A stretch of DNA of 64,000 nucleotides from an uncultured Chloroflexia bacterium. GTDB taxonomy: Bacteria; Chloroflexota; Anaerolineae; Anaerolineales; E44-bin32. Position 1 is the stretch's first letter; each line of letters begins with the position of its first letter. The translations under genes were made by a program, and so were the position numbers. Below the pieces are notes generated by a model. It was not told the origin of the DNA and ran no database searches. It worked only from the letters and a program-made list of their open reading frames with translations. This document shows positions 41,611-52,679 of this stretch, piece after piece. The stretch covers positions 974,612-1,038,611 of the forward strand of contig CAWBME010000006.1 of assembly GCA_963789825.1 (NCBI GenBank), given 5' to 3'.

Positions 41611-41693
41611 CGGGAACGAAGGATCACGGGACGCCGGCGCCGCCTCCCGGCTGCGGCCCGGGCCAGGCGGCTTCGGCGCCGGTCATCCGAGGT

Positions 41694-41867
41694 TCAGCTC
41701 AGCTCCCCAACCAGCTCCAGGAATTCGGTCCACTCTTCCTCGAAGAAATGCACCGTCACCGTGCCGAGCTCGAGATGGTAGGTCACCTCGCCATCAGGTT
41801 CGCCGGCCTTCCAGGCAACGAAGCTGGTGGTCTCGGCCAACGTCTCAGTCGGGATGTTGTCGCTCAT
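41694..41867 (-). CDS. Small acidic hypothetical protein (57 aa), absent from the ORF track (<60 aa)
   Basis: The ATG at 41865..41867 lies 6 nt after AAGGAG. Translation: MSDNIPTETLAETTSFVAWKAGEPDGEVTYHLELGTVTVHFFEEEWTEFLELVGELS-stop. Codon usage is GC3-rich like its neighbours. Confidence 0.5.
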   Translation of the reverse strand: MSDNIPTETLAETTSFVAWKAGEPDGEVTYHLELGTVTVHFFEEEWTEFLELVGELS

Positions 41868-41939
41868 CGGATTCTCCTTGTGGGTCGGTTGTCAGGTCGG
41901 GCATGTTCGTGCCTAGTCGTCGAATTCGCCTAGCAGGCT

Positions 41940-42189
41940 GCTGAGAAGCACCGTGTGATCGTCCAACCCTCTCCCCTAGCCCATCCCCCTGCATGAGCCG
42001 ACATCCGCGAGCTCACACGCGTCCCGCAGGGGAAGGGGGCGGATATTCGAGGTGGGTGGGGGGAGCGAGGCTCCCCCCACCCCACGGATCTTGTTCCCCC
42101 TCTCCGCCACGGTTCATGGCGTACCCGTGCGCCGTCCGCGGAGAGGGGGTCAGGGGGTGAGGTAGAAAGCACGTCTTTCGGCAAGCTCC
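41940..42189 (-). repeat. MITE-like palindromic dispersed repeat, copy B (inverted)
   Basis: The reverse complement aligns over its full length with copies at 5172..5430 and 53312..53568. Confidence 0.8.
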
Positions 42190-42469
42190 TAGGGCGGTCA
42201 GCACACCATGCGATGCGACCAGGCTCGCTCCGGCGTGAGCGCTGGAGTTGAGCGGCGCAAGCCGGTGGCGCCGCTCGTTCGTGTTCGGCTCGAAGCCGGG
42301 TGGTGCCCGCAGCGCCTCTCTTGCGCGCCACAAGCCCCCCTGCGTTCAGGCGTCCAGGATCGCCCCTGCCCTCTCCAGTACAGGTGAGCGGAGACAAGCG
42401 GATCGTCCGGCCGGTCGTCAGAGGCCGATGCCGCCGGCGGACGGCTTGGCGCAGCAAGGTCACCTGGGG

Positions 42470-43660
42470 TCAGCGATCGGGCTTCGGCGTCCGACGCCAG
42501 GGAAGCCGCGGCAGCGACGGTCGCGACCCGCCGATGACATCGATCGGCGGATCCCAGGGTGAGAGGTCGAATAGCTTGCGTAGGGCATAGCGGCCGAGCA
42601 GAATGAACGTCGCCATGGTCGGCGCCGAAAGCAACAGCCCAACAATCCCCAGCAGGCTGGCGCCGATGATGGCCGCGATCAGGATCACCGCCGGGTGCAG
42701 GCTGAGCGAGCTTCCCATGATGCGCGGCAGCAGGAAGTAGTCGATCGCCTGATCGAGGACAATCAGCGCCACGATCACCAGGGCGGCGTGTCCCAATGGA
42801 GACAGCCCGAGCGGGTGCTGGGGCTGCAGCAGGGCGACCAATCCGGTCACCACGCCGACCGAGAACGGGCCGACAATCGGGAGAAGCTTGGCCAGCCCCA
42901 TCAATACCCCGAGGGCGACCGAGTAGCGCACCCCGAGCATACTCATCAGGATCATGGTGAGCAGGCCGGTAATCAGAACGATCAGGAACTGCCCGCGCAG
43001 GAAGGCATGCCAGATGCGTCCCAACGCCTGCTGGATGCGGCGCACATCGGATTCGTAGCGTGGGATGGAGAAACCCGACCAGCGTTCCTGCAGCCGGGCC
43101 GAGTCCAACACGATGAAGTAGGCGATAGCCAGGACGAAAACGGCGTGCGCCAGTCCCTCGACCAGCCGCGCCGCAGCGAAGGTCAGCAGGCCGCTCACCT
43201 GCGTCAGCGCAGGCTGGATGATCCCCAGCGTCTGCTGGACGAAGGTCGCCGGGTCGAAGGCGACCAGATCGGTTTGCCAGGGGCCGACCACCAGCACCAG
43301 GTTGTCCAGCCCGGCCAACCGATCCGGCAGACTGACCACAACCGATTCCAGCGCCAGCAGCAGAGCCTGCAGCTGCTCGAGCGCCGCCAGGCCGACCGCC
43401 GTGGCCAGCGTCAGCAGCACCAGCGCCAGGAAGGCGAAGGTCACATTGGTCGCCGCCATCCGCCCGAGACGCGCTCGCCGATGCAGGAGGTTCACCAGGG
43501 GAACCAGCAGGTACGACAGCAGCCCAGCAAGGATGAGCAATGGCAGGATGACGCGGAAGCGGATCAGCAGGGCCCCGACGAGGACCACGCCCAGCAACCC
43601 CGCCACCATCTTGGTCGCCGTCGGCCAGCGCGGCGAAGCGGCCCGATCGCCGTCGCTCAT
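42470..43660 (-). CDS. AI-2E family transporter (PerM/UPF0118)
   Basis: This is the lower part of ORF 42470..44152, starting MSDGDRAASPRW at 43660. It has 8 TM helices and the family motif LLPIVGPFSVGVV...IDYFLLPRIMG. Confidence 0.8.
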   Translation of the reverse strand: MSDGDRAASPRWPTATKMVAGLLGVVLVGALLIRFRVILPLLILAGLLSYLLVPLVNLLHRRARLGRMAATNVTFAFLALVLLTLATAVGLAALEQLQALLLALESVVVSLPDRLAGLDNLVLVVGPWQTDLVAFDPATFVQQTLGIIQPALTQVSGLLTFAAARLVEGLAHAVFVLAIAYFIVLDSARLQERWSGFSIPRYESDVRRIQQALGRIWHAFLRGQFLIVLITGLLTMILMSMLGVRYSVALGVLMGLAKLLPIVGPFSVGVVTGLVALLQPQHPLGLSPLGHAALVIVALIVLDQAIDYFLLPRIMGSSLSLHPAVILIAAIIGASLLGIVGLLLSAPTMATFILLGRYALRKLFDLSPWDPPIDVIGGSRPSLPRLPWRRTPKPDR

Positions 43661-44874
43661 GCGGGCGAATTGCCCTTGCTTCGCGCGCAGCCTGCGCCGA
43701 AGCTGAGCCAGCACACGCTTGGGCCGCACCCGAGGCTCCATGGGCAACTCGGGCCAGCTATCAATGCCGACGGTCTTGTTGTACACGTACCCGCCCCATA
43801 GGCGAAGCGTTGCCAGCGCCGGGGCGGCTACCAGCACCCCCACGATCCCAGCCAGGCTGGACCCGGCGATGACGGCGACCAGCACCAGTATCGGGTGCAG
43901 GCGCAGCGAGACGCCGACGAACCTCGGCACCAGATAGTTGTTCTCCACCAGCTGGATCAGCATCATCACGCCGAGCACCAGCAGGGCGAAGGGCAGTGGA
44001 TTCAATCCATGCCAGCTTCCGCCCTGGAAGAAGGCGACGATCACCGCCAGCGCCGTCGAGATGGCAGGGCCGAAGACCGGCACGAACTCGAGCACCCCGG
44101 CGATCAGCCCCAGGCCGAGCGAGAAGCGTACGCCGAGGAAGGTGAGCAGCACACGGCGACGACGACCCCGACGAACAGCGCCAGCACCAACTGACCGCGC
44201 AGGAATGCACGCCAGATCAGTTCCGTCTCCCGAGTCAGTCGCTCGCCATCGGCACGGTAAGGCTCGGGCATCAGGCCGACCACCAACGATCGACCATGCC
44301 GTAGTCGATCAGCAGGTAGAAGCCCAGGATGAAGATGACGAAGACCCTGCCGATGACCGAGGCCGTCGCAGCGACGGACGACCCCAGCGCCTGCCCGGTC
44401 TGGGACAGGATCGGCTGGATCGTCGAGGTGAGCGGGGTGATGAAGAACTCGAGGGTCTCTTGGGAGAAGGATGAATCCGAAGGGGCCGACGTCGACGACC
44501 ACCCCTTCCGCCTGGTCGAGCAGTTCAGGGATCCGGCCCGGGAGCGCCTGTAGATCTTCGTACCAGCCCGAGTCAACTGCTGGGAGATGGCCAATCCGAG
44601 GGCGGCGGCCAGTCCCGGCCGAGAGATGGACACGATGACCAGGTAGACGGTGAGCACCGCCAGCCAGCGCGGGAAGCGCAGGTGTCGCTGCAAGCCGGAC
44701 GGCCAGCGGGTGCAGCACGTAGGCCAGCACCATGGCCGCCATCAGCGTCACCAGCGTCGAGCGCAGCGCGTAGGCCAGCAGACTTGCGGCCAGGATCAGC
44801 AGTACGGCCGATACCAGCCGGGTGGACGGCTGCCATGCAGGCGAGCTCGGACCCGGTGCTTGCTCGGCGGTCAA
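43657..44874 (-). pseudogene. AI-2E family transporter, tandem paralog, at least 4 frameshifts
   Basis: Native-looking segments alternate between ORFs 44104..44874, 44271..44693 and the top of 42470..44152 (LEFVPVFGPAIS...NNYLVPRFVG). The expected stop is TGA 43657..43659, overlapping the next ATG (ATGA). Confidence 0.65.
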
Positions 44875-44922
44875 GGTGCCCTGCTCGACGGTGTGACTTC
44901 GGTCACGACGGCTCCTGCCACG

Positions 44923-47195
44923 CTACCGGCGTGCCAGCTCGTTCTGCGGGCGGATGGCCTCAGCGGCGCGAGGGCCCGAACCGCGCCGTCCGCCCGGACG
45001 ACCCGAGCCGGAGGGCCGTCCGCCGGGACGACCGGAGCTTCGCCCACCACTCTCCGGGGAACGCCGCGGCGTGCGTTGGTCGCGTTCGAGGGCTTCCTCC
45101 GGCGTCCAACCTTCCAGGACCGCCTGGCGCGAGAGGCGGATCTTCCCCTCCGGATCGATCGAGGTCACCATGACGGTCAATTCCTCGCCCAGGCGTGCCA
45201 CGTCCTCGACCTTCTCGAACTCGGTCGCTGTCCAGCTGGGAGATGTGCACCATGCCATCGACATTCGGCAGGATCTCGACGAACGCACCGAAATCGGTGG
45301 TGCGCACGACCTTGCCGGTGTAGATCCGCCCGACAATCGGTACTTCTGTCAGGCTTTGGATCAGCTCCCGCGCTCGGCGCGATTGCTCAGCATCGGCGGC
45401 GGCGATGAACACCGAGCCATCGTCCTCGATGTCGATCCTGACGCCGGTCTGCTCCTGGATGCTGCGGATCATCTTGCCGCCGGGGCCGATGACCGCCCCG
45501 ATCTTGTCCGGGTCGATCTTGATCACCGTCAGACGCGGCACGAACGGCTTGAGTTCCGGTCGCGGCGCGGGCATCGCTTGCTCGATGACGTCCAGGATCG
45601 CCAGGCGCGCCTGCTGCGCCTGGGCCAGCGCTGCCGACATGATCTCGGCCGTGATGCCTTTGATCTTGATGTCCATCTGCAGCGCGGTGATGCCCTGCCG
45701 GGTCCCCGCCACTTTGAAGTCCATGTCGCCGAAGTGGTCCTCGGCCCCTTGGATGTCGGTCAGCACTGCGTGCCGCTCACCTTCTTTGATCAGCCCCATG
45801 GCGATCCCGGCCACCGGCGCCCGGATCGGCACGCCCGTGTCCAGCAGCGCCAAGGTCGAGGCGCAGACGGAGGCCATCGAGGTAGAGCCGTTAGACGACA
45901 GCACTTCCGAGACCAGGCGCACGGTGTAGGGGAACTCATCCATGGGGGGCAGCACCGGCAGCAAGGCGCGCTCGGCGAGCGCGCCGTGGCCGGTGTCGCG
46001 CCGCGAGGTGCCGCGCAACGGGCGCACCTCGCCGGTGGAGAACGGCGGGAAGTTGTAGTGGTGGATGTAGCGCTTCTCGTCCACCGGCGACAAGCCATCC
46101 AACTCCTGCCGCTCACGCGGCGTTCCCAGCGTCGCCAGGGTCAGCACCTGGGTCTCGCCGCGGGTGAACAGCCCGGAGCCGTGGGCGCGCGGGCTGAGGT
46201 CGACCTCGGCGCTGAGCGCCCGGATGTCCTTGAAGCCTCGGCCGTCCGGCCGCTTGCCGTCTTCCAGAATGCGCCGGCGAACTTCCTGCTTGTACAACTG
46301 GTCGATCGCCTGATCGACCTGACCGGCATCCAGGCCGCCCTGCTCGCACAGCGATGCCGTGGCTTCGATCTTCAGGCCAAGGAATCCGTCTTGTTGCTCG
46401 GCGCGGCTCAACGGGCGCACGACCAGCTGACGCAGCCGGTCGCCTACCCAGGCCTCGACCTTGTGTCCGACTTCCTCGTCCAGCAGGAACGAAGGGTAGC
46501 TGGATTTCGGCTTGCCGACGGCAGCCCGCATCTCATCCTGCAGGTCGATCAGCGGCTGCATGGCACGATGCCCGAAGGCGAGCGCCTCAACCATCGTCTG
46601 CTCGGAGACCTCGCTGGCGCCGCATTCAACCATCAGGATGGCGTCGCGCGTGCCGGCCATGCGCAGGTCCAGCGGCGATGCCTCCAGCTGCTGGTAGGAG
46701 GGATTGGCGACGAAACCCCCGTCGACCATCCCGACGCGCACCCCGCCGACCGGTCCCAGGAAGGGCACATCGGAGATCGTCGAGCGCGGCCGAGGCGCCG
46801 ACGATCGCCAGCACGTCGATCGGGGTCTCGCCATCGGACGAGAGCGAGTACAGCATGATCTGCACGTCGTTGTGCAGATCCTTGGGGAACAGCGGGCGCA
46901 TCGGGCGATCGACCAGGCGGGCGATCAGGATGGCTGCCTCGGACGGCCGGCCTTCGCGGCGGAAGAACGATCCGGGTATCCGGCCGCCGGCGTACATGCG
47001 CTCCTCATAGTCGACCGTCAACGGGAAGAAGTCGATGCCCTCGCGGGGGGTCATCGCCATCGTGGCCGCTGCCAGCAGCAGCGTGTCGTTCTGGCGCACG
47101 GTGACCGCCCCGCCCGCCTGCCCGGCGAGCTTGCCGGTCTCGATCGTCAGCGTCTTGCCATCGATCGTGGTCTGGAAGGTTCTTACGTCTGGCAT
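44923..47195 (-). CDS. pnp: Polyribonucleotide nucleotidyltransferase (PNPase), frameshifts ~46795 and ~45225
   Basis: ORFs 46626..47195 (N-terminal RNase PH domain), 44960..46834 (core, KH: [16 protein letters not shown]) and 44923..45336 (S1 tail [29 protein letters not shown]). Confidence 0.9.
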
Positions 47196-47439
47196 GAAAT
47201 GCCCCTTTCTCGCCGGAGAGGGGGCGAGTCAGGGACTGGAGTGCGGCCGTCAGTCTGGCCCCGGCAGACGTGCTCCGGGGTGATGAACGCACTCCAATTC
47301 CCGACCCGTCGCTCCCTCCTGGGCGGATACAACGATTCTATAGGATAGCGGCGCGCGATGCTACCGGCAGGTCGCCGGGCTACGCAGCGGAACCAAGGAT
47401 TGGACTGCCCGACGGGTGCGGCAGGGGCACACGGACCGC

Positions 47440-47711
47440 TTACTTGCGGCGGATGCTCAGCCGATCGGTCAAACCGAGGTAGCCGGACGGGTTGGTCTTC
47501 TTCAGGTACGCCAGGTGACGGTGGCGCTGGCCAACCAGTTTCAGCAGCCCACGGCGAGACAACTCGTCATGCTTGTGGGTGCGCAGGTGTTCGGTCAGCT
47601 GGCCGATGCGGTGGGTCAGCAGGGCGATCTGGACCTCGGGCGATCCGGTATCGCCGCCGTGACGGTGATACTCCCCAATCAGCCGGTCTTGTCTTCCTTG
47701 GTGATGGACAT
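47440..47711 (-). CDS. rpsO: 30S ribosomal protein S15, frameshift ~47682
   Basis: ORF 47440..47736 contains [39 protein letters not shown]. The true start MSITKEDKT (ATG 47709..47711 after GAGGAG) is one base out of frame. Confidence 0.85.
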
Positions 47712-47806
47712 GACGTCTGCTCCTCGTGCAGGTCACCCAGCCCCCAGTCGAAGTGCCAACCGAGAACCGGTCTAGTCAGAATGCGAGGCATTATAACAGG
47801 TGGCCC

Positions 47807-48593
47807 CTACCCCCTCAAGGCCAGCCGCAGCCGGTCCCGCAGGTCCGGCGGGAAGCGATCCGCCAGCAGTCGCAGGTCGCGCTCGCTGCCGGATGCGCCG
47901 CGCTCGTGTTCGTGCAGCAGGTAGGCTGCGACTTCGGCCGGGCTTCTCTCGGCCAGGGCGCGCAGCAATTCGAGCCGGGCTTGCTGCACCCCCGGACTGC
48001 CCCGCACGGGCAGCCGGTAGAGCAGATCGATCAGCGGAGCCAGGCGGTCGGAAGCCGTCGCCTCGACCGCGGCCGTGAGTGCGACATAGGCGAACGACTG
48101 GCGCGCCGCGTCCCGGCCGCCTGCCCAAGCTTCAACCAGCGCCAAGAAGCTCTCGGGCTCGGCGGTGCGCCAGCCGCGCCAGGCGGTTGAGGCCAGCAAG
48201 TGCCGCAGGCGGTCGTCCAACCCTCGAGCGCAGCCGCTCCTCGACCCAGGCCGCCGCCCGGGCGTCGGTCTGCGGCTCGAGGACCGCCGCCGCCAGCTGG
48301 TGGGTCTCGTGGTAGCCAGCCGCCCACAATCGATCGGCGACTTGCCAAGCCGGATCCGTATGGGCTGCCGCCACCCGCCCCAGCGCAAGGCGCAGCCCAT
48401 TGACCACGGGAGTCGGAGCGGAGAAGGTCCGGCGCGGAGCGCGCATGGCAGCATAGGCGCCCTGGCGCAGGACGCGGTCGGCGTACAGATCAAGCAGGGC
48501 TAACACCCGTTCGACCAGCTCGACCGGTTGATCGAAGGCCAGCGTCACGGTCTCGATTTCGCGCGACAGTCGAGCCGGATCAATCGCCGGCAT
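47807..48593 (-). CDS. Hypothetical helical-repeat (HEAT-like) protein, frameshift ~48225
   Basis: The N-part comes from ORF 48132..48821 (start MPAIDPARL at 48593). The C-part comes from ORF 47807..48493. It is all-alpha and Leu/Ala/Arg-rich. No confident family assignment was possible. Confidence 0.45.
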
Positions 48594-48667
48594 ACCCCGG
48601 CCTCGAAACCAAGCCCGCCGCTCGGCGTGCGGCCCTCTGCGCACATGGTCGACGATCGGCTCCGGCC

Positions 48668-50102
48668 TCAGTAGGCGCGGGCGAACAGCGCCCGCTCCGT
48701 CGCCGGCTCCCCACAGCGGATGCAGCGGCCGCCGCCCGACGGTTGATCGAGCGGGATGTTGCGGGTCGTTGCCTTGGTGTCTTCCTTGATGGCGCCCTCG
48801 CACTCGCGCCGGCCGCACCACCAGGCATCCGCCCAGCCAGCCTCGACAACCTGCCGGAACTCGTCATAGCTCCGCGGCTGATGGGTGTGCGCGGCGCGGA
48901 ACTCCAGCGCCCGCTTGAACAGCGCCGCCTGCACCGCCTCCAGTTCTTCCGCCACGGCCGGGGCGGCACCTTCCAGCGGCACGCTGTGCTTGCCCTGCTT
49001 GCCCGGCAGGTCGCGGCGCGCAATCGTGACCGTCCCCTGCGCCACATCCTTCGGGCCGATCTCCAGGCGCAGCGGCACACCGCGCATCTCCCAGTCGTTG
49101 AACTTGAATCCTGGGGTGACCCCGTCCCGGCGGTCGATCTTCAGGCGGAAGCCGGCCAGCTGCGCCTCAAGCTGCCCAAGCGCCTGGCCCACGGCGGCTT
49201 TCTCCTGGTCCGTCTTGTGGATCGGCACGATCACCACCTGGTGCGGCGCCAGACGAGGCGGCAGGATCAGGCCCTGGTCGTCGCCGTGCACCATGATGAT
49301 CGCCCCAATGAAACGGGTCGAGAGGCCCCACGAGGTCGTCCAGCAGTACTGCAGGGCGTTGGCGGCATCCAGGTAACGGATCTCAAAGGCGCGGGCGAAA
49401 TTCTCACCCAGGTTGTGCGAGGTGCCAGCCTGCAGCGCACGCGTGTCGCCCATCATCGCCTCAATGCTGTAGGAGCGCAGCGCGCCGGCGAACTTCTCGC
49501 TCTCGCTCTTGCGGCCGCGCACCACCGGCACGGCGGCGACGTTCTCGGCGAAATCGGCGTAGATGTCGAGCATCTGCATCGTCTCGGCCTGAGCCTCTTC
49601 GGCCGTGGCATGGGCGGTGTGCCCTTCCTGCCAGTAGAACTCCGACGTGCGCAAGAACAGCTTGGTGCGCATCTCCCAGCGCATGACGCTGTTCCAGAGG
49701 TTGATCAAGACCGGAAGATCTCGGTAGGACTTGATCCACTTGGCATACATGTGTCCGATGATGGTCTCAGATGTCGGACGGACTACCAGCGGCTCCTCGA
49801 GCTTCTCCCCCCCTCCGATGGTGACCACCGCCAGCTCCGGAGAGAAGCCCTCGACGTGCGCCTTCTCCTTCTCGAGGAAGCTCATCGGGATCAGCATCGG
49901 GAAGGCGGCATTCACGTGGCCGGTGGCCTTGAAACGTTGATCGAGGGCAGCCTGGATGTTTTCCCACAGCGCCCAGCCGTAGGGCATGACCACCATGCAA
50001 CCGCGCACCGGCGCGTAGTCGGCCAACTCGCGCGCGCAGCACCAGCTGGTTGTACCATTCGGCGAAGTTGTCGGATCGGGAGGGCAGACGGTCTTCGGAC
50101 AT
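48668..50102 (-). CDS. proS: Proline--tRNA ligase (archaeal/eukaryote-like type), frameshift ~50030
   Basis: ORF 48668..50026 has class II motifs and a C-terminal Zn-binding tail. The N-terminus MSEDRLPSRSDNFAEWYNQLVLRA is in ORF 49767..50108. Confidence 0.9.
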
Positions 50103-50150
50103 TCTCAAACCTCGGTCGCCTTCAAGAGAGTTGGTTCGTCTCGGCGACGA

Positions 50151-51224
50151 TCACGCCGCCGGCAGTCGCCGCGCAACAGCCTGAGCTACAGGCTGCAGCC
50201 AGCTGGCATCCAATTCCTCGGCGCGCGCCCGCAGTACCGCATCGGGCGATGCCGCCAACACATCGATCCACTCCTCAAGGAACTGCCACATCAGCGCATG
50301 GTCCCACAGACTGGCCCACTCGTCGTCGGACCAGACGACGCCAGTCCGCTGCTGCAGCCCCTGGCGATAGCGGGTGATCAGCGATGCTGCGGGCACAGCC
50401 AGGTCCCCGAACGCCCAGCGGCTCTTCATGATCAGGGTCAGCAGATCGATCACGCCGGGTCCCACGCCGGCCATCTGCCAATCGTACACAACCTGGCGTC
50501 CATCCGCCAGAAGGACGATGTTGCCGGGCCAGTAGTCGCCGTGCATCAAGGTTGCCGGGGCCCGCAACAAGGGCTGGGCGACCCGGTCCGCCTGGGTGGT
50601 GAGCTGGGCCAGGAGCCGCATCCGCCAAGGCGACCCGGCTAGCGCCTCGGGACGTCCACTCTCCACGATACGGCCGATGGCCTGCGCCGCGGCCGCCACG
50701 TGCACACTGAAATCCGCTTGCAGCGGCCGCGCCAGCCAGGGGAAGGCTTCCAGGTCCTCCTCCAGATGCCAGAACCGGTCGTGCAGCGCCACCAGACTGT
50801 CGACGGCTTGGACGAAGTCCTCCTCCGTCCAGCTTTCAGGCGGGCGAGACTCGCTTTCCGCCGTCATCAGCAGCCAGTCCCCGCTGGCGGAGGCGGCGAT
50901 CAGGGCGGGCATTGGGACAGGCATCAGCGGCGCCAGCGCGGCGTACACCCCAACCTCTCTGCGCCCGACGCCGGCCAGCCCGGCTCGGGTCGTGCCGCGC
51001 GGTTCCTTCAGAACCAGCGGCAGGCTGCCCGGCTTGCCGGACCGGTCGAAGTGGGCCGTCAGGCCCTGGATGCGGCCGATCGACGGACGGCGCGACGCCA
51101 TCGGCATCCGCTGGACCCGGCTGAGGGTCAGGCTCTTGTCGCCATACAGCCGGCGCAGCCCGGCGGTGATCTCCGACCGCGAACACGGCCAGGTCCAGGT
51201 GTCGTCATCCAGCCGGCTGCTCAT
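50151..51224 (-). CDS. Aminoglycoside/choline-kinase-like phosphotransferase (APH family)
   Basis: It has the Brenner-type catalytic loop LMHGDYWPGNIVL and DWQMAGVGPGVIDL. The start is uncertain (51224 or 51290). Confidence 0.7.
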   Translation of the reverse strand: MSSRLDDDTWTWPCSRSEITAGLRRLYGDKSLTLSRVQRMPMASRRPSIGRIQGLTAHFDRSGKPGSLPLVLKEPRGTTRAGLAGVGRREVGVYAALAPLMPVPMPALIAASASGDWLLMTAESESRPPESWTEEDFVQAVDSLVALHDRFWHLEEDLEAFPWLARPLQADFSVHVAAAAQAIGRIVESGRPEALAGSPWRMRLLAQLTTQADRVAQPLLRAPATLMHGDYWPGNIVLLADGRQVVYDWQMAGVGPGVIDLLTLIMKSRWAFGDLAVPAASLITRYRQGLQQRTGVVWSDDEWASLWDHALMWQFLEEWIDVLAASPDAVLRARAEELDASWLQPVAQAVARRLPAA

Positions 51225-52095
51225 CGTCCTCCAGCCCCACTTGCTCCTCGAGGAAGTCGGCAGCGGCGGCGACGGCATCGACGTGCTCACCGCCGGCGCG
51301 GCTCCGCAAGAAGTGCAGATGGTCCATGACCCATAGGTACATGTCGGTGGGCGTCCTGCCCGGAAACTCGGCCATCAGCTCCGAGCTTTCGGCCATACTG
51401 GCGACGGGAGCATACAACGTATCGTGCCAGTGGGTCACGGCCTCCTCCTCGGGGATCTCCCGCCCCTGCTCTAGGCCCATGAAGTAGCGGTGCACGGCGA
51501 TGTGTTCGAGCAGGCGATCATAGCCGCCGAGCAAGGTGGTCTCGACCCGGCTGTCCGGCCTCAGGAAATCGATTCGCGTGCGCTCCAGGAAATCGACTCG
51601 GTCCCCCAGGCGTTCCAGCGAATCGGCGTCAATGTCCGGCGTCAGCGGGACGCGTGCCCGACACTCGCGCACCTCGGCCTGGATCGTTGGCTGTCCGTGG
51701 CTGCGGGCCACCGAGACGCGGTGATGTCCATCGATGACAAAGTACACTTCCCCCACCTGGTATAGCATGACCGGAGGCAAGTTCTCCTCCTGGTACCATG
51801 CCCGGTTGATGCGCTGCCACTTGTGCTCACTATGGGACTGCTTGGGCATGAAGCGCCGGTCGAAGTCCTGATAGCGATCGACACTGCCGATGATCTGGTC
51901 GAGAGGTACGTCCTGCACCCCGCGGTAGATGGGTCCACCCAGCTTGAGCTTCTCCCGCACCTGGTCGAAAGGCAGCAGCTCCTGAGAATGCCCCGACAGC
52001 GAGCCCAGGACACGCTGAAAGAAGCCCTTCAAGCGGCTCCACTCGAACTCGGAATCGGTCAGGGCAGGGCCTTGCGGCAGTTGCCTCATGGCCAA
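51205..52095 (-). CDS. ParB/Srx-like N-terminal domain protein with a DUF4032-like C-terminal region
   Basis: It has the ParB-box-like sequence VYFVIDGHHRVSVARSHG and a conserved helical C-terminus. Function is unknown. Confidence 0.6.
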   Translation of the reverse strand: MAMRQLPQGPALTDSEFEWSRLKGFFQRVLGSLSGHSQELLPFDQVREKLKLGGPIYRGVQDVPLDQIIGSVDRYQDFDRRFMPKQSHSEHKWQRINRAWYQEENLPPVMLYQVGEVYFVIDGHHRVSVARSHGQPTIQAEVRECRARVPLTPDIDADSLERLGDRVDFLERTRIDFLRPDSRVETTLLGGYDRLLEHIAVHRYFMGLEQGREIPEEEAVTHWHDTLYAPVASMAESSELMAEFPGRTPTDMYLWVMDHLHFLRSRAGGEHVDAVAAAADFLEEQVGLEDDEQPAG

Positions 52096-52676
52096 CCCAC
52101 CACCTGGTAGGGATACACATTGATGACCAGCGTCTGGTACAACTCCGTCTCCTTCTGTACCAGGTTCGGGTGGGCATGCACATGCCCGTGTAGCATCAGG
52201 CGCGGCTTCGCCATCTGAAGAAGGCGGTGAAAGGCCTCGAACCCCTGATGGGTCAAGTCTCGCCCATCATGTACGCCCTGGGGTGGCGAGTGCGTCACCA
52301 GGACATCCAGGCCCCGATGGCGGGAGCGCACCGTGAGCAACAGCCGGACCGTGCGGTAGAACATCTCCCGCTCCGTGTATTGGTGCCGGCCATCGCTCTT
52401 GTAGCGGCGGCTTCCGCCCAGGCCGGCGATCCGCACCCCGGCGATCCTCACCACTCTGCCGTCGATACTCACCCCTCCGGGCACCCGGTATTTGTCCGAG
52501 TCGTGATTCCCGGGGACATACACCAGCGGCACATTGAGCTGCGTCACGACGTATTCCAGGTAGTGGGCTGGCAAGTCGCCACAGCCGACGATCAGGTCGA
52601 TATCGGCGAAGCGCTCGGTCACCCATGAGCTGTAGATCAGGTCGACAACGGTGTCCGAGAGCGCCAGGATCTTCAT
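52086..52676 (-). CDS. Metallophosphoesterase (calcineurin-like)
   Basis: Motifs: LSDT (D-x-H region), GCGDL, VPGNHD, VTHSPP, GHVH. Confidence 0.75.
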   Translation of the reverse strand: MKILALSDTVVDLIYSSWVTERFADIDLIVGCGDLPAHYLEYVVTQLNVPLVYVPGNHDSDKYRVPGGVSIDGRVVRIAGVRIAGLGGSRRYKSDGRHQYTEREMFYRTVRLLLTVRSRHRGLDVLVTHSPPQGVHDGRDLTHQGFEAFHRLLQMAKPRLMLHGHVHAHPNLVQKETELYQTLVINVYPYQVVGWP

Positions 52677-52679
52677 CTT

